Program-made: the position numbers and the translations under genes
Notes under the pieces: generated by a model
Database searches by the model: none
The model's input: the letters and a program-made list of their open reading frames with translations, nothing else
Told to the model about the DNA's origin: nothing
NCBI GenBank assembly: GCA_963841565.1
Contig: CAWJCY010000006.1
Coordinates: forward strand, 96,001-160,000
Length of the DNA stretch: 64,000 nucleotides
Reading direction: 5' to 3'
Origin: an uncultured Nitrososphaerales archaeon
GTDB taxonomy: Archaea; Thermoproteota; Nitrososphaeria; Nitrososphaerales; Nitrososphaeraceae
Part shown: piece by piece, positions 41,814 to 52,784 of the stretch
How the letters are laid out: the number at the start of each line of letters is the position of its first letter
How positions within the stretch are numbered: position 1 is the stretch's first letter

Positions 41814-43346
41814 TTACTGAGGTTCAATTGTAGCTGGTGGCTTGCTCGACACGGCGTAAGTCACCCAAGTTACTCCTTCCACCTCATTGCTGATTCGATT
41901 GCTAATTTTTCCGATGACATCATGAGGTAGTCGCACCCAGTCAGCCGTCATTGCATCAACAGAATCGACGACCCTTATTATTGCAATGTGTCCATATAGC
42001 CTTCCATCGCCAATTACACCTACCGCCTTATCGTCGCCTACTGCCACATACGCTTGCCAGACTTTATCGTACCAGCCTTCGGCCATCAACTCATCTTCCA
42101 CTATCTTGCTGGATTCTCTGGCTATACGAATTTTCTCATGGTTCACCTCGCCTACAATTCTTACAGCCAAACCAGGTCCAGGGAAAGGATGCCTTTTCAA
42201 TAATTGCTCTGGGACGCCTAGAGCCGCTGCAAGCCTCTTTACTTCATCTTTATAGAGTGTACTCAGCGGTTCAATAACCTTTAGATTAAGCCACTTAGGC
42301 AATCCTTTCACGTTGTGGTGACTTTTAATAACGGATGCTGGGCCGTGAGATACCCCACTTTCTATGATATCAGGGTAAAGAGTTCCTTGTGCCAGCCATT
42401 GAAAAGGACCATGTTCAGATGCAACATCACTAAAGACTCGTGCAAATTCGTCACCTATTATCATTCTTTTTTCCTCAGGATCTGTGATTCCACTCAATCT
42501 TGTGATGAATCGCTCTGATGCATTGACTACTATTAGTGGTATGTTTAGAACTTGTTCAAAAGTTTGAACTACTAACTCCTCTTCTCCAACTCTTAGCAAA
42601 CCATGATTGACAAATACACACCGAAGGTTGCTTCCGACCGCTCTATGTAATAAGACCGCTACCGTGGTCGAATCAATACCTCCGCTAACGGCGCATAGTA
42701 CTCTATTACTTCCTACAGTTTTGCGGAGCTCTGAAATAGTTCTTTTTAAGTAGTCTTTCATGTTCCAGGTAGGCGCTGCTCCACTTATTTGAAATGAAAA
42801 ATTCTTGAGAATCTCCGTCCCCCTTTCCGTGTGCAATACCTCAGGATGGAACTGAATTCCAAATAGCTTCTTGTTTCTATTTACGATTGCCGCTGACGCA
42901 GAGCTATCGGTATGAGCCAGAACTTCGAAATCTTTTGGTATTAATTCAGCTGTGTCGCTGTGGCTCATCCAACATCTTATGTTACCATCTATGTTACTAA
43001 AAAGGTCGTCATGGTCATCAATTACAAGATTCGAACTACCGTACTCACGAACAGTAGATTTTCTTATCCTTCCCCCAAATCTGTCAACAATTAATTGATG
43101 TCCATAGCAAATTCCCAGGATAGGTATTCCTAGATCAAAAATACCGTAGTCAGGTCTAGGAGACCCTTCAACATATATACTAGCCGGACCGCCTGAGATA
43201 ATTATTCCTTTAGGTTTTGTTTCCCTAATCAATTTTGCAGGAGTATTATGAGGCAACAACTCGCAGTACACATTTGCTTCCCTTATCCTCCTACAAATTA
43301 AATGGCTATACTGCGAGCCGAAATCGAGGACTACTATTCTATCCAT
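41814..43346 (-). CDS. guaA: GMP synthase (glutamine-hydrolysing), fused subunits
   Basis: DFGSQY, GICYG, QFHPE, SGGIDS, RHPFPGPGL, KPPATIE. Confidence 0.96.
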   Translation of the reverse strand: MDRIVVLDFGSQYSHLICRRIREANVYCELLPHNTPAKLIRETKPKGIIISGGPASIYVEGSPRPDYGIFDLGIPILGICYGHQLIVDRFGGRIRKSTVREYGSSNLVIDDHDDLFSNIDGNIRCWMSHSDTAELIPKDFEVLAHTDSSASAAIVNRNKKLFGIQFHPEVLHTERGTEILKNFSFQISGAAPTWNMKDYLKRTISELRKTVGSNRVLCAVSGGIDSTTVAVLLHRAVGSNLRCVFVNHGLLRVGEEELVVQTFEQVLNIPLIVVNASERFITRLSGITDPEEKRMIIGDEFARVFSDVASEHGPFQWLAQGTLYPDIIESGVSHGPASVIKSHHNVKGLPKWLNLKVIEPLSTLYKDEVKRLAAALGVPEQLLKRHPFPGPGLAVRIVGEVNHEKIRIARESSKIVEDELMAEGWYDKVWQAYVAVGDDKAVGVIGDGRLYGHIAIIRVVDSVDAMTADWVRLPHDVIGKISNRISNEVEGVTWVTYAVSSKPPATIEPQ

Positions 43347-43349
43347 GAT

Positions 43350-44099
43350 TCATCGCGAGCCTTTTTCAATCATACGACTAAAAACCCAAGCGCATGTGTT
43401 GAATATTTCATTGAGTCGTTCCTTCTCCCTGTAATTGTTGATCCTTATCCTACGTATTATATTGCTTTCATTTTCTTCTACAATATACGTCAAAGATTCT
43501 GTCTCTTTAATCTGCAAATCACGAACCTTTTCCTCATCTTTAACCTTCATACCATCGAGAATTCTTCCCAAGAAAAAGGATCGGAACGGGGCGGTGTTGA
43601 TACTTAGTAAGATATTCTCGGCAGGAACGATATCTACAAAATGAGTAGTAACCTCTGCTTTGGCGAGCAGGAGGTTATCTCTCACTCGATGAAGTTCTTT
43701 AGTTTCTGTAATTTGAGATCCTGATGGATCAGAAGCTGTTGGACTAGATTCTTTTCCTCTATGCGGTATGTCCGTTGCAGCAGTTTGATCATTAGGGTCT
43801 CCGATATTTGAGGCTGTAGTTTGCTTGGATGCATGGTGACTTGGGATGCCATGGAGATCAGAGGAGGAGGAAAATTGATTTGTTGGATTTGATTGTAGCG
43901 TATAAGTATCCTTTAAGCTAGATGCTGCCTTGAAACTTCCTAATTTAAGCATGCTATCGACTAGAGAAAGAGTTGCACGTAAGTTTTCAATCTCCTCATG
44001 TTTGTCAGAAATCAACTTGACAAGCCATTCGCGGATCTCAGCAGCTCGCTTGATTTCATCGTCAGAATAGCTAGAGGACAATTCAATTTGCATTGACAT
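43350..44099 (-). CDS. hypothetical protein
   Basis: 249-aa ORF ending 3 nt before the guaA start; N-terminal coiled coil and low-complexity linker. Confidence 0.75.
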   Translation of the reverse strand: MSMQIELSSSYSDDEIKRAAEIREWLVKLISDKHEEIENLRATLSLVDSMLKLGSFKAASSLKDTYTLQSNPTNQFSSSSDLHGIPSHHASKQTTASNIGDPNDQTAATDIPHRGKESSPTASDPSGSQITETKELHRVRDNLLLAKAEVTTHFVDIVPAENILLSINTAPFRSFFLGRILDGMKVKDEEKVRDLQIKETESLTYIVEENESNIIRRIRINNYREKERLNEIFNTCAWVFSRMIEKGSR

Positions 44100-44258
44100 A
44101 AAAGATATAATAGCTTTTCAGAGGTCAAGTATCAATTCGTAGTTCCCAGCTCTGGGATGAATGAACAACCTCACTAGCGTAGACCGAGCTTAGAATTCGA
44201 GTTAAGGCAATGCCTATAAGATTGCTTCCAAGTTTCACCGGAGAGATTCTCTCATATA

Positions 44259-44993
44259 TTATTTCGAAGTTTGTTTAAGATATGCGAATCCTTTAATGGG
44301 ATTTATCGAAGTATCAAATAGCTCTGATCGAGTTCTAACTGCCAGCATCGCTAGTAATCTTTTTGCTACCTTCATCTTCGCCTTCTTTAATTTTGAATCC
44401 TGCACCGTACTCTTTGAATAATACTTCCCTATCTCGTTTCCTAAATCCATACCAACAAGTATTATTTGGGTCGCCCCCAATGCTTCAGCAAGAAATACGG
44501 ATCGATCACCATCGGTGAATCCACCGAAATTGTACACATTATTCATAGGCATTACCTGAGTAGAGCCTATGACGTGTCTGAGTTTGGGCACTAATTTAGT
44601 CATGAGTGAGATGTTATCTCCATGGGCGTGAACTACCATTATTGCTCCTAGCATATCAGCTTTCTTGAGAAATAACTGATTCCCATCCAAGTCTGTGACC
44701 ACGACATCCGGTTTGATCCGGTGTTCTAAAACTGCTTGAACTGCTCCATTAGCCACAATTTTCGTGAAATTTCGGTTTCTCTTGATATATGGGATGCTAG
44801 CTTCTAGATTAACCCCTGCACCTATTACCATGACTTTTTTTCCGTGAATTTTCTTTCTTAGCACATTGAGATCTAAAGCCTTCCTACGGGTCATGTAAGC
44901 TAGAATTTTTGCAGCCTCTTGGTCCTTCTCGGTGCTATAGCCAAATTGTTCCCTGATTTCCTGATAATAAGGAAACCATTCGATAAACTCCAC
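44259..44993 (-). CDS. mptE: 6-hydroxymethyl-7,8-dihydropterin pyrophosphokinase MptE-like
   Basis: VVTDLDG, HAHGDN, NFGGFTDGDR. Confidence 0.88.
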   Translation of the reverse strand: MEFIEWFPYYQEIREQFGYSTEKDQEAAKILAYMTRRKALDLNVLRKKIHGKKVMVIGAGVNLEASIPYIKRNRNFTKIVANGAVQAVLEHRIKPDVVVTDLDGNQLFLKKADMLGAIMVVHAHGDNISLMTKLVPKLRHVIGSTQVMPMNNVYNFGGFTDGDRSVFLAEALGATQIILVGMDLGNEIGKYYSKSTVQDSKLKKAKMKVAKRLLAMLAVRTRSELFDTSINPIKGFAYLKQTSK

Positions 44994-45151
44994 GGTTAAC
45001 GTTGTAAAGAAGTTACTAATAGGTTGTTTGTTCGTGGGCTTGAAAATCTGACGACATAGATACTCTCACCACTAACATCAGTTTGGTTCTGATACTTATG
45101 ATTACCGAATAATTTTGTTCCTCTGTAACAATTATAACTTTCTAATACAGA

Positions 45152-45805
45152 ATGACTCTTATAGCTTTGACAATTGAAAAAATGAAACTAACGCCTAGCT
45201 TTCCAGGCGATCAGATTGCGTTTATAGAAGAGTTTGAGAGCGGCAAGAACACGTACGTCGACGATGGTAGTATTCGATCCAGCACGGTTGGAAGCAAGGT
45301 GTACGATTTGAAGAGACGTATAGTAAGGATAGAACAAAAAAATACTCCGAAATTGCCAAAAATAGGAGATATTATTGTTGGATATGTTGATATGCTCTTT
45401 GGTAGCATGATATCAGTAAGAATTTTATATATTAATGACTTAAAATCTATCTCGGGATTTTCCGCCATTTCATCTACAAAGGGTATTTCGTTTTCAGGTG
45501 GACAAGGTGGTTGGTCGAGGGAAAGAGGAGATCGTAGGTCAAGAATCACGTTTAGAGTAGGAGATATTATAAGAGGAAGAGTAGTAAGTCTCCTCAACTC
45601 TAACATTCACATCACTATCGCAGAGAAGGATTTTGGTGTAGTCTATACATTGTGCTACAATTGTGGAGGAAATACAGTGAGAGTGAATAATGCAGTGAAA
45701 TGTGTAGAATGTGGGACCTACGAAGAGAGAAAAATGACGTCAGACTATGGAAAGGAGACTTTTAGTACGATTCACAACGGCAAGACGTTAAATGGTGGTA
45801 AATAG
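45152..45805 (+). CDS. csl4: exosome complex component Csl4
   Basis: PGD..EEF, S1 domain, Zn ribbon CYNC..CVECG..EERK. Confidence 0.9.
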   Translation: MTLIALTIEKMKLTPSFPGDQIAFIEEFESGKNTYVDDGSIRSSTVGSKVYDLKRRIVRIEQKNTPKLPKIGDIIVGYVDMLFGSMISVRILYINDLKSISGFSAISSTKGISFSGGQGGWSRERGDRRSRITFRVGDIIRGRVVSLLNSNIHITIAEKDFGVVYTLCYNCGGNTVRVNNAVKCVECGTYEERKMTSDYGKETFSTIHNGKTLNGGK

Positions 45806-46625
45806 GGTCGCTTTTCAAGGTGAGAGAGGCGCATATAGTGAGCTTGCTGTCATTCATTTCTTCCCAAACTCTACTCCAATTCCGGTGCGATCATTTCAAG
45901 AAGTAATCGAGACATTGTTATCAGGCATGTGCGATTATGCAGTAGTACCTATCGAAAACTCAATTGAGGGAAGCGTAAATGAGGTATACGATTTACTATT
46001 GCAAACGAACTTGTACATTGTAGGAGAGACTTATCAAAGAATCAACCATTGTCTTATTACAATAAAAGGAAACGATCTGGGTTCCTTAAGAGAAGTCTAT
46101 TCACACCCCCAAGCTCTGGCGCAATGCAGGCATTATTTAAATGAGAAGAAACTTGCCTCTATACCAGTATATGATACCGCGGGCGCAGTGAAGATGATCA
46201 AGGAAGGTCAAAATAGAAGAGCAGCGGCAATCGCAAGCAAGCGTGCCGCCGAAATCTATGGAATGGAGATTTTGGACGTTGGAATAGAAGATAGGAAAAG
46301 CAATTTTACAAGATTTTATGTACTATCAAGACAGCCTGCAAATACGAAGCCAACAGGGAATGATGGAACGTCCATCATTTTCTCTGTCAAGCATGCACCA
46401 GGATCGTTAGTGAATATCTTGTCTGAATTCGCAAGGAGAGAGATCAACCTTACTAAGATCGAATCACGCCCAACCAAGGAAACCCCTTGGGAGTACAATT
46501 TCTTTACTGACTTTGAGGGACATGTTCTTGACTCAAAAATTAGAGATGTTTTGAAAGTCATAGAACCTAAGACAGCCTTCGTAAAGGTTCTCGGCTCGTA
46601 TAGGAAGGAAACGACTGATAGGTGA
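45792..46625 (+). CDS. pheA: prephenate dehydratase
   Basis: FQGERGAYSE, PIENSIEG, SHPQALAQC, TRF, INLTKIESRP. Confidence 0.95.
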   Translation: MVVNRVAFQGERGAYSELAVIHFFPNSTPIPVRSFQEVIETLLSGMCDYAVVPIENSIEGSVNEVYDLLLQTNLYIVGETYQRINHCLITIKGNDLGSLREVYSHPQALAQCRHYLNEKKLASIPVYDTAGAVKMIKEGQNRRAAAIASKRAAEIYGMEILDVGIEDRKSNFTRFYVLSRQPANTKPTGNDGTSIIFSVKHAPGSLVNILSEFARREINLTKIESRPTKETPWEYNFFTDFEGHVLDSKIRDVLKVIEPKTAFVKVLGSYRKETTDR

Positions 46626-46637
46626 CATTAAGTATTT

Positions 46638-47105
46638 TCATCGAAGTTTAGCTCGTAAACCAAGCCCGAGTACTATAATTCCGGTTACTATAAGCATAAG
46701 CTGTCCGCCTAAAGCTATCTGACTACCTTTTGTGAAAGCACTGCCAGTTATGCTCAAATCAGAACGTCCCAAGTTCTCTATGGATATTAAGTACTGTCCA
46801 TCCATCTGAGCTGTAAAGTTATACTGAAAGTTAGCAGTGTTGGTTACTGACCTAATTACCTCGTTTTCAGGATCCACAATTTCAATGCTTGAATTAGATC
46901 CTGTGACAGATAACACTACAGGATTACCCACATTCATGTTAGGTGTTAATGTGTCACTCTGACCTGCTCCAACTGTTCCATTCAGAGATACTGGGACAGG
47001 TGTTAGTGTATAAAGTGCTGATGCCGAGCCTATGATAATAAAAGAAACTCCTGCGCCAAGTAAGATATAGAAGATCCTTGACTTAGACGCGAACGAACCT
47101 CTCAT
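46638..47105 (-). CDS. membrane protein with GOLD-like beta domain
   Basis: N- and C-terminal TM flanking a beta-rich segment (FTA..DGQYLISIEN). Confidence 0.68.
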   Translation of the reverse strand: MRGSFASKSRIFYILLGAGVSFIIIGSASALYTLTPVPVSLNGTVGAGQSDTLTPNMNVGNPVVLSVTGSNSSIEIVDPENEVIRSVTNTANFQYNFTAQMDGQYLISIENLGRSDLSITGSAFTKGSQIALGGQLMLIVTGIIVLGLGLRAKLR

Positions 47106-47467
47106 GTATCATGTGGAGAGTATAGGGGCTATAAATACATCGTTCTGAATTCTTGCAACATTGTTGTTATTGTTCTAGGCCCTCCGATCTCGTCGGAACC
47201 AATACTATCAAAATGTAGTGGCGAGCAACTTCGAGGAATCAGGGTTGTTAAAGAAGGTAATATGTCATATTCTATATATAGTTCAATTTCATCTTATAAT
47301 GTGGTTATCCGATCCTACAAATACCACTAGCTCATAAGGATGGAAAATGAACCTCAAACATTTTCTGGCCATAGGCTGCGCTACCATAGATTAGCAACAA
47401 TTTGTGATTAGTGATAGACACAATAATTGGTTTACTTTACTGATAAATGGAACTAACCACGCATATT

Positions 47468-48229
47468 TTAGTTGCTTCCCATCCTTTCATCTGAATCACT
47501 GAGTGTTTTCTGAATTTTGCTTTGTGTTTCCTTCGTAGGACTGCTATAGTCTAATAGCCTTCGGATGCGAATAGCACGGTTTGTCCCTAGCCCGGCAATC
47601 ATTGATAGCTCTGCTACTGATGCAGTTAGGGTCCTAATGGGAGTTCCAAATTTTTTTAACATACGAACAGCTGTTTTGTCACCGACACCTGGCAAAGAAG
47701 ATAGAACTGATAGCTGCTGAATGTAAATAGGATTTTGCTTACGAATTCTTCTGAGAAGTGGACCATCTGTTGATCCTTCCCTGCGAACTAGACTCGCAAT
47801 CATCATGAGTACTCGAGATGTGTACTCAGGAGTAGGAGTTGGTATTATAGGAATCCGAAATTCAAGTGCAACCCGGGCTAACGCGTCAAGTATAAGAGGC
47901 ATTTGTTCCGCGTATGAATCACGGTAACTGTCGTCTATGGTTTGGGAATACTCTTCCGGTCCTCCTAGTAATGCTTTTCCTTCAATCACGATTAATGGTC
48001 TGGGATAGTATTGGACCAAATCGTTACACTGCAGGAACAAACGCCCATCATAAATGGAACTTATCAAATCCGAAATAGTTTTCCTTTCAATGGCAGTCTG
48101 AGGAGATACGATGTAATCTCCCACCGTTAGAAGGGAAAATTCTATTGAGGCCCCAAGGCTACCTAGCAGCTCAGGAACACGGCTGCCTTTCTCTCTCTCG
48201 TCAATTACGATCCTGGCTCCAACTCCCAC
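47468..48229 (-). CDS. xpf: short XPF/ERCC4 structure-specific nuclease
   Basis: IDERE, VGDY, IERKT..D, SIYDGRLFLQ, HhH2; no helicase domain. Confidence 0.9.
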   Translation of the reverse strand: MGVGARIVIDEREKGSRVPELLGSLGASIEFSLLTVGDYIVSPQTAIERKTISDLISSIYDGRLFLQCNDLVQYYPRPLIVIEGKALLGGPEEYSQTIDDSYRDSYAEQMPLILDALARVALEFRIPIIPTPTPEYTSRVLMMIASLVRREGSTDGPLLRRIRKQNPIYIQQLSVLSSLPGVGDKTAVRMLKKFGTPIRTLTASVAELSMIAGLGTNRAIRIRRLLDYSSPTKETQSKIQKTLSDSDERMGSN

Positions 48230-48383
48230 AGTTAGCTATTAAATATCTCTCGTTAATGTTTCTAACTAGAGTCAACGGGGTCATCCTTGACCCAAGCCCT
48301 TCTTCATATAGTCTAAGCTGCTGTTGAGATAGTATAATTGATTGATTTTTATCAGAGAATTTGCGAGAGTATCCCTATACGTA

Positions 48384-48806
48384 TCACTGGGGGCTTTGAG
48401 CGGACGAGTTGGTGCCTCCTACAATCCCAGGGCCCCCAGCGGGACCTAAATTCCCTTGTGCGCCCCTTATCATTTGATTAATCTTATTTTCAACTTCCTT
48501 TAGGTTATCCTTTACCCTTGCTTCCTGTTTTGAAAGCACCATTAAGCGAGTCTTTGCTAACTCCTTCTTCTCTTCTAGTTCTTTACTAATATCCTCTTTT
48601 TTAGCTCTAATTAGTAATGGGCCGGCGCTTTTGTAAACTGTATCTTCTGGACCAGCCTTGCCGAGGTCCTCTAGTGCTCTATCAAGCTCAACGGATTCCA
48701 ATTCGACCTGCTGCTTTTGCATCATTATGGCTTGCAAGTTTTGTTGAAGCTGTTGAAAGCGTGATACTTGTTCTTTCAGCCAAGGTGGAAGTTCTTGTTC
48801 ACTCAT
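48384..48806 (-). CDS. pfdB: prefoldin beta subunit
   Basis: Coiled coils flanking VYKSAGPLLI; position in the exosome cluster. Confidence 0.92.
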   Translation of the reverse strand: MSEQELPPWLKEQVSRFQQLQQNLQAIMMQKQQVELESVELDRALEDLGKAGPEDTVYKSAGPLLIRAKKEDISKELEEKKELAKTRLMVLSKQEARVKDNLKEVENKINQMIRGAQGNLGPAGGPGIVGGTNSSAQSPQ

Positions 48807-48849
48807 TTATATGACAGGTTTTAACAAACACCAACATAAAATCATAGCG

Positions 48850-49125
48850 CTAAATATCTGATAAGGTGTTAATACATAACCGCAAGAGCCTAAGATACGA
48901 ATTTAGACTTGCCCGTAAAGAGGATATATCATTCGCCTGCACTTGGATTATTATCATGTGATCATCAAGAAAAATTCTCGACTTAGATGAACTATCTCTC
49001 GAAAAATATTTCGTATCCGGGCGAAGTGCAAAGAATGCAGCCTCTGCGACGAGTCTCGCCCTCTGATTATTTTGGTGAAATGAGAATCTGATCTCTGATC
49101 TACAATGCCTGTGTGCTGATATCAT
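48850..49125 (-). CDS. pcc1: KEOPS complex subunit Pcc1
   Basis: ALRPD ... ANDISSLRASLNSYLRL; ATG at 49125 overlaps the end of rpl37ae. Confidence 0.82.
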   Translation of the reverse strand: MISAHRHCRSEIRFSFHQNNQRARLVAEAAFFALRPDTKYFSRDSSSKSRIFLDDHMIIIQVQANDISSLRASLNSYLRLLRLCINTLSDI

Positions 49126-49333
49126 AAGCTCCCGAGGCCACTTTAAAATGACATTTTGGACAATGCCATATCCCAAGTGCAATCCGAGAAAATCTCTTAG
49201 AGCCACAAGACGGACATTTTCTGTGCTTCTTGAGGATTCTGTACACAGCCCCATATCGCTTTCGGACAGTCGCTCCAAATTTGACTCCTAATCCCTTAAG
49301 AGATGTTGATTTATGCCTTCTTCTAGTGACCAT
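49100..49333 (-). CDS. rpl37ae: 50S ribosomal protein L37Ae (eL43)
   Basis: KFGATVRK, CPSC..GIWHCPKC..ASGAY. Confidence 0.93.
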   Translation of the reverse strand: MVTRRRHKSTSLKGLGVKFGATVRKRYGAVYRILKKHRKCPSCGSKRFSRIALGIWHCPKCHFKVASGAYDISTQAL

Positions 49334-50153
49334 TATTAGTAAGCTCTTTAATTTTGGTTCGAACTTCCTCTCCTTTAATTCTTGCTATTTCTGCTGCCCT
49401 TTTGATCTGGTCAATCGTAAATGACCCGGTGGATCCTTTTTGAAGAGCTGCAAATTTACCCTCAGAATTAGTAGTTATCGTGATCCTCGCATCCATACAC
49501 GCTTCTTCTTCAGCAGTCGGGTCAAGTATCACGGAATCGCCTATTTTAACAGCGGTTATGGATACAGGAATAGTTGTAAGTGGAGGATCCATTTTCTTTC
49601 CAGTGTTTACCACTGCTTCGCCGTCTTGCACCTCAAACACTGGCAATTTGCTAGACATTAGTGCTGAAACCACGGCGTACGATGATGCATCGAAGAGATT
49701 ACCGTCATAATTAATGATACTGCAATCAACGAATATAGTATAAACTACCTTTCCCGGAATTAGTGCTAGCTTGTCAAGATCAACCATTTCAGATTCTCTC
49801 ACTCCTCGATCAACAACTCTGGCCAATTCAATAGTCTCCTCATCTGGAGGGCCTGGTTCGATATGAGGCGATGCTGTCGGAAGCACTTCTGCTGACAATA
49901 TTAGGGCACCCTTATTCTCCAATCCTTCGAATGGCTCTCCCGTTTCCACTTTAACCCCAGCAACAACTTCCGAATTCCCTAACTTTACCCTTGATGAACC
50001 GTCTGCCTTGCCAATTATGCCCAGCTCGATCTCTAGAGGTCTCATTTCATCAAGATCTCTTCCATCGAGCCTCCTAGATTGCGAGATCGCCTCTCTCATC
50101 TGTTGCCTTCGAAGATGCTCTACTATTATTGTTGAACGTTTTGATGAACTCAA
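49323..50153 (-). CDS. rrp42: exosome complex component Rrp42
   Basis: RLDGR, ADGS, PGPPDE, ELARVVDRGVRES. Confidence 0.95.
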   Translation of the reverse strand: MSSSKRSTIIVEHLRRQQMREAISQSRRLDGRDLDEMRPLEIELGIIGKADGSSRVKLGNSEVVAGVKVETGEPFEGLENKGALILSAEVLPTASPHIEPGPPDEETIELARVVDRGVRESEMVDLDKLALIPGKVVYTIFVDCSIINYDGNLFDASSYAVVSALMSSKLPVFEVQDGEAVVNTGKKMDPPLTTIPVSITAVKIGDSVILDPTAEEEACMDARITITTNSEGKFAALQKGSTGSFTIDQIKRAAEIARIKGEEVRTKIKELTNNGH

Positions 50154-50890
50154 GATTCCTCTTTCAACTCCTGTTCGTCTCCAAAGTATTTCTGAATAAG
50201 AGCTTTTCTTTGAATTTCATAAATCATTTTGCAACCCTGTAACGCCTTGTCTAGACACTCATTAAACTCTTCCTGGTTCAAAATGCCATCAAGTTGTAGA
50301 AGAGTGACCCGTTCAAGATGTGGCATATACGCCAATGGCATATCAGCACTTCCTTCCTTATCTTCAACATCATTAATGTCAAGAACTATTTTCCCGTCAA
50401 CCTTTCCGGCTGCGCATGCGGGAACAATATCTCGCATGTTGATTCCTGCATCTGCCAAGGCAACTGAAGCAGCAGTAATGCCAGCACACCTTGAGCCTCC
50501 GTCTGCTTGCAAAACTTCAACAAATACATCGATTGCTGCCCTTGGATAATCCTCGAGCATCAACGCTGGCTCCAACGCCTCCCTCATAACTTTTGAAATT
50601 TCAACCTCTCTTCTTGAAGGGGCAGGATTCTTACGGGTATCAGTAGAAAATGGCGACATATGATATCTACATCTTAAAACACACCTATCAGGTTGTGCCA
50701 TATGTTTAGGATGGACTTCTCTGGGACCATAGACAGCTGCAATAATTCTGTTTTTCCCAAACTCTATATAGGCAGATCCGTCCGCATTTTTAACCATTCC
50801 CACTTGTATCTTGACATTGCGCAGCTCATCTATGGTTCGCCCATCAGTTCTCAGCCCTTGTTCATCTATTAGGCTCCTAGTCTGAACCAT
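50150..50890 (-). CDS. rrp41: exosome complex exonuclease Rrp41
   Basis: RTDGR, YGPRE, PSRREVEISK, QADGGSR, EDKEG. Confidence 0.96.
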   Translation of the reverse strand: MVQTRSLIDEQGLRTDGRTIDELRNVKIQVGMVKNADGSAYIEFGKNRIIAAVYGPREVHPKHMAQPDRCVLRCRYHMSPFSTDTRKNPAPSRREVEISKVMREALEPALMLEDYPRAAIDVFVEVLQADGGSRCAGITAASVALADAGINMRDIVPACAAGKVDGKIVLDINDVEDKEGSADMPLAYMPHLERVTLLQLDGILNQEEFNECLDKALQGCKMIYEIQRKALIQKYFGDEQELKEES

Positions 50891-51681
50891 TATTCTTTGT
50901 CACCTTTTTCCAATTCTTGCGACATCTGTTCTTCTGGTTCGTGGGTACCGTTTAATTTTTGGCCTTCTGGTTCCGACACCTCTGAGAGTGTTTCAGTAGG
51001 TTGAGGCTCAGGAACGTTCAAAAGCGTCTTAATCCGCTGAGTGAGATTTGATGTATGTGCTTCCTCCTCCACCATCCGAATTGCTCTAATGGCGAGTTGA
51101 GTGCCATCAGCATTTCTGCCGCTAACAACTACTATACCGTTCTGTCCTATCAATATTCGAGTCTGAGTTGCTTGTTCTATTGTCTGAATCATAGAACCGC
51201 GTTTTCCAATTAATCGTGGAACACGAGTAGCAGAGATTTTCAAAAATTCACCTCGCGGAATTCTTCCAAGATCCTTATCCTGAATAGTTAGCATAGGATC
51301 ACGTGTCCTGTCAAACGCCATTATTCTGGCAGTAACTAGATCGCCTATTGCAAGTTGCTTATTCATATCATCACGCGCCGGGGAAAAATCCCTTCCAAAA
51401 ACATCTTGAGCTGGCAAATGCGCAGAAAAGCATGAACTTATGTCGACCTGCCAAGACAAAGAAGAATGATCGATAATTTTGCCAATCACTATATCATTCA
51501 CACGAGGAATATATACTCCGGACAAAGGAATTACCTTGATCCCGTCTCTTGTGGCTTCTGCAATACCAATTCTAGTTGCAAAAATAGAATTTCCAGACTT
51601 AGTCACATTTGAGAGAGGACGGAAATTGCCATCAATAATTCTGTCTCCGGGAACTACGTATTTTCTCTTAATTTCTTGCAT
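50890..51681 (-). CDS. rrp4: exosome complex RNA-binding protein Rrp4
   Basis: VVPGD, S1 domain, KH domain VPRLIGKRGSM. Confidence 0.95.
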   Translation of the reverse strand: MQEIKRKYVVPGDRIIDGNFRPLSNVTKSGNSIFATRIGIAEATRDGIKVIPLSGVYIPRVNDIVIGKIIDHSSLSWQVDISSCFSAHLPAQDVFGRDFSPARDDMNKQLAIGDLVTARIMAFDRTRDPMLTIQDKDLGRIPRGEFLKISATRVPRLIGKRGSMIQTIEQATQTRILIGQNGIVVVSGRNADGTQLAIRAIRMVEEEAHTSNLTQRIKTLLNVPEPQPTETLSEVSEPEGQKLNGTHEPEEQMSQELEKGDKE

Positions 51682-51792
51682 TGACTATCAATTACTCCCC
51701 CAATCTATCATATTGTTTTTAGTACAAGAACTTGTCATTTCTTTCTCGCATTTGGGAAAGATGATGGGATTTATATTTTAAGTGAATTTCGG

Positions 51793-52485
51793 TTAGAGAT
51801 CTTCTTTTATTTGAGCTGTTCCTCTGGTTGCCGAACCAATCTTTTCAATAATTCTACCCTTCATACCTGCGTTGACTTCTAACGTAACCCGAACTGAACC
51901 ATCTGCAAGCCACTCATCACTCTTGAAATTTCCTATACTCTTTAAGGCACTATATCCTTGGGCTGAATGGTTTGCTGGAATAATCACCGTCAGTTTCAAT
52001 ATTTCGGATTTTAAAGGAAGGACCTTTCTTAGCGCATCGATAATGAATTTCGCTTGTTCATCCGCCTTCTTGAAGGGATCAATGCTAACTCTGACATCTT
52101 CCATAGCACTTTGTATTCTCAAAGGTGGGTGCGGAAGATGTGTCTTGGGGTCAACAAAGCTCTTGCTAATGAAGTCGATAATCTGTTTTTTCTTCTCTTC
52201 TACCATTTTTCGCCTCTGTTCCGTAGTTAAATTTAGCTCACCATTCATCAGAATCTGCTGAGCGACTTCGCCCAAGTCATTAGTCTTAAAATATTTAGAA
52301 AGCTTATCGCTGGAAGCTCTAGAACCTTTGTTTGCATCCGAATATACCTCATCAGATATCAAAACATTGGTCAGGTCATTTCTCTTGCCTAGTCTATAAT
52401 CAAGAGCAAGGTCAGGTTTGACCAAGATTTCAAATCTATTACCTTCTATTACCAATTTCACGACAGTCACCTTGGCTTCAGGCAT
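51793..52485 (-). CDS. ribosome maturation factor SBDS/Sdo1
   Basis: FEILV, DPKTHLPHPPLRI; start placed at MPEAKV. Confidence 0.93.
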   Translation of the reverse strand: MPEAKVTVVKLVIEGNRFEILVKPDLALDYRLGKRNDLTNVLISDEVYSDANKGSRASSDKLSKYFKTNDLGEVAQQILMNGELNLTTEQRRKMVEEKKKQIIDFISKSFVDPKTHLPHPPLRIQSAMEDVRVSIDPFKKADEQAKFIIDALRKVLPLKSEILKLTVIIPANHSAQGYSALKSIGNFKSDEWLADGSVRVTLEVNAGMKGRIIEKIGSATRGTAQIKEDL

Positions 52486-52784
52486 ATTTCCATCCTTTAT
52501 TCTTAGACAGTTTGGAAGCAATATATGTATAGTGCAGTAATTTGAGGGCTATTGGCTAAGAGTAAATTGAATCATCATCAAGATTAATATAATTGCCTGA
52601 GATTTTGAATGCTTATGTTTGACGAAAAAACCATGTATTGATGAACTAATGATCAGCCTCGTTGTACTGCAAGTGTGTTCTCGAATACATATTCAATACG
52701 GATATTGTGCTAAATCAAGCTCTAGGATTCCAAATACAAACACGAAGACGGAATAAAATAAGATAGAAAAAAAGGAGTAATCCT

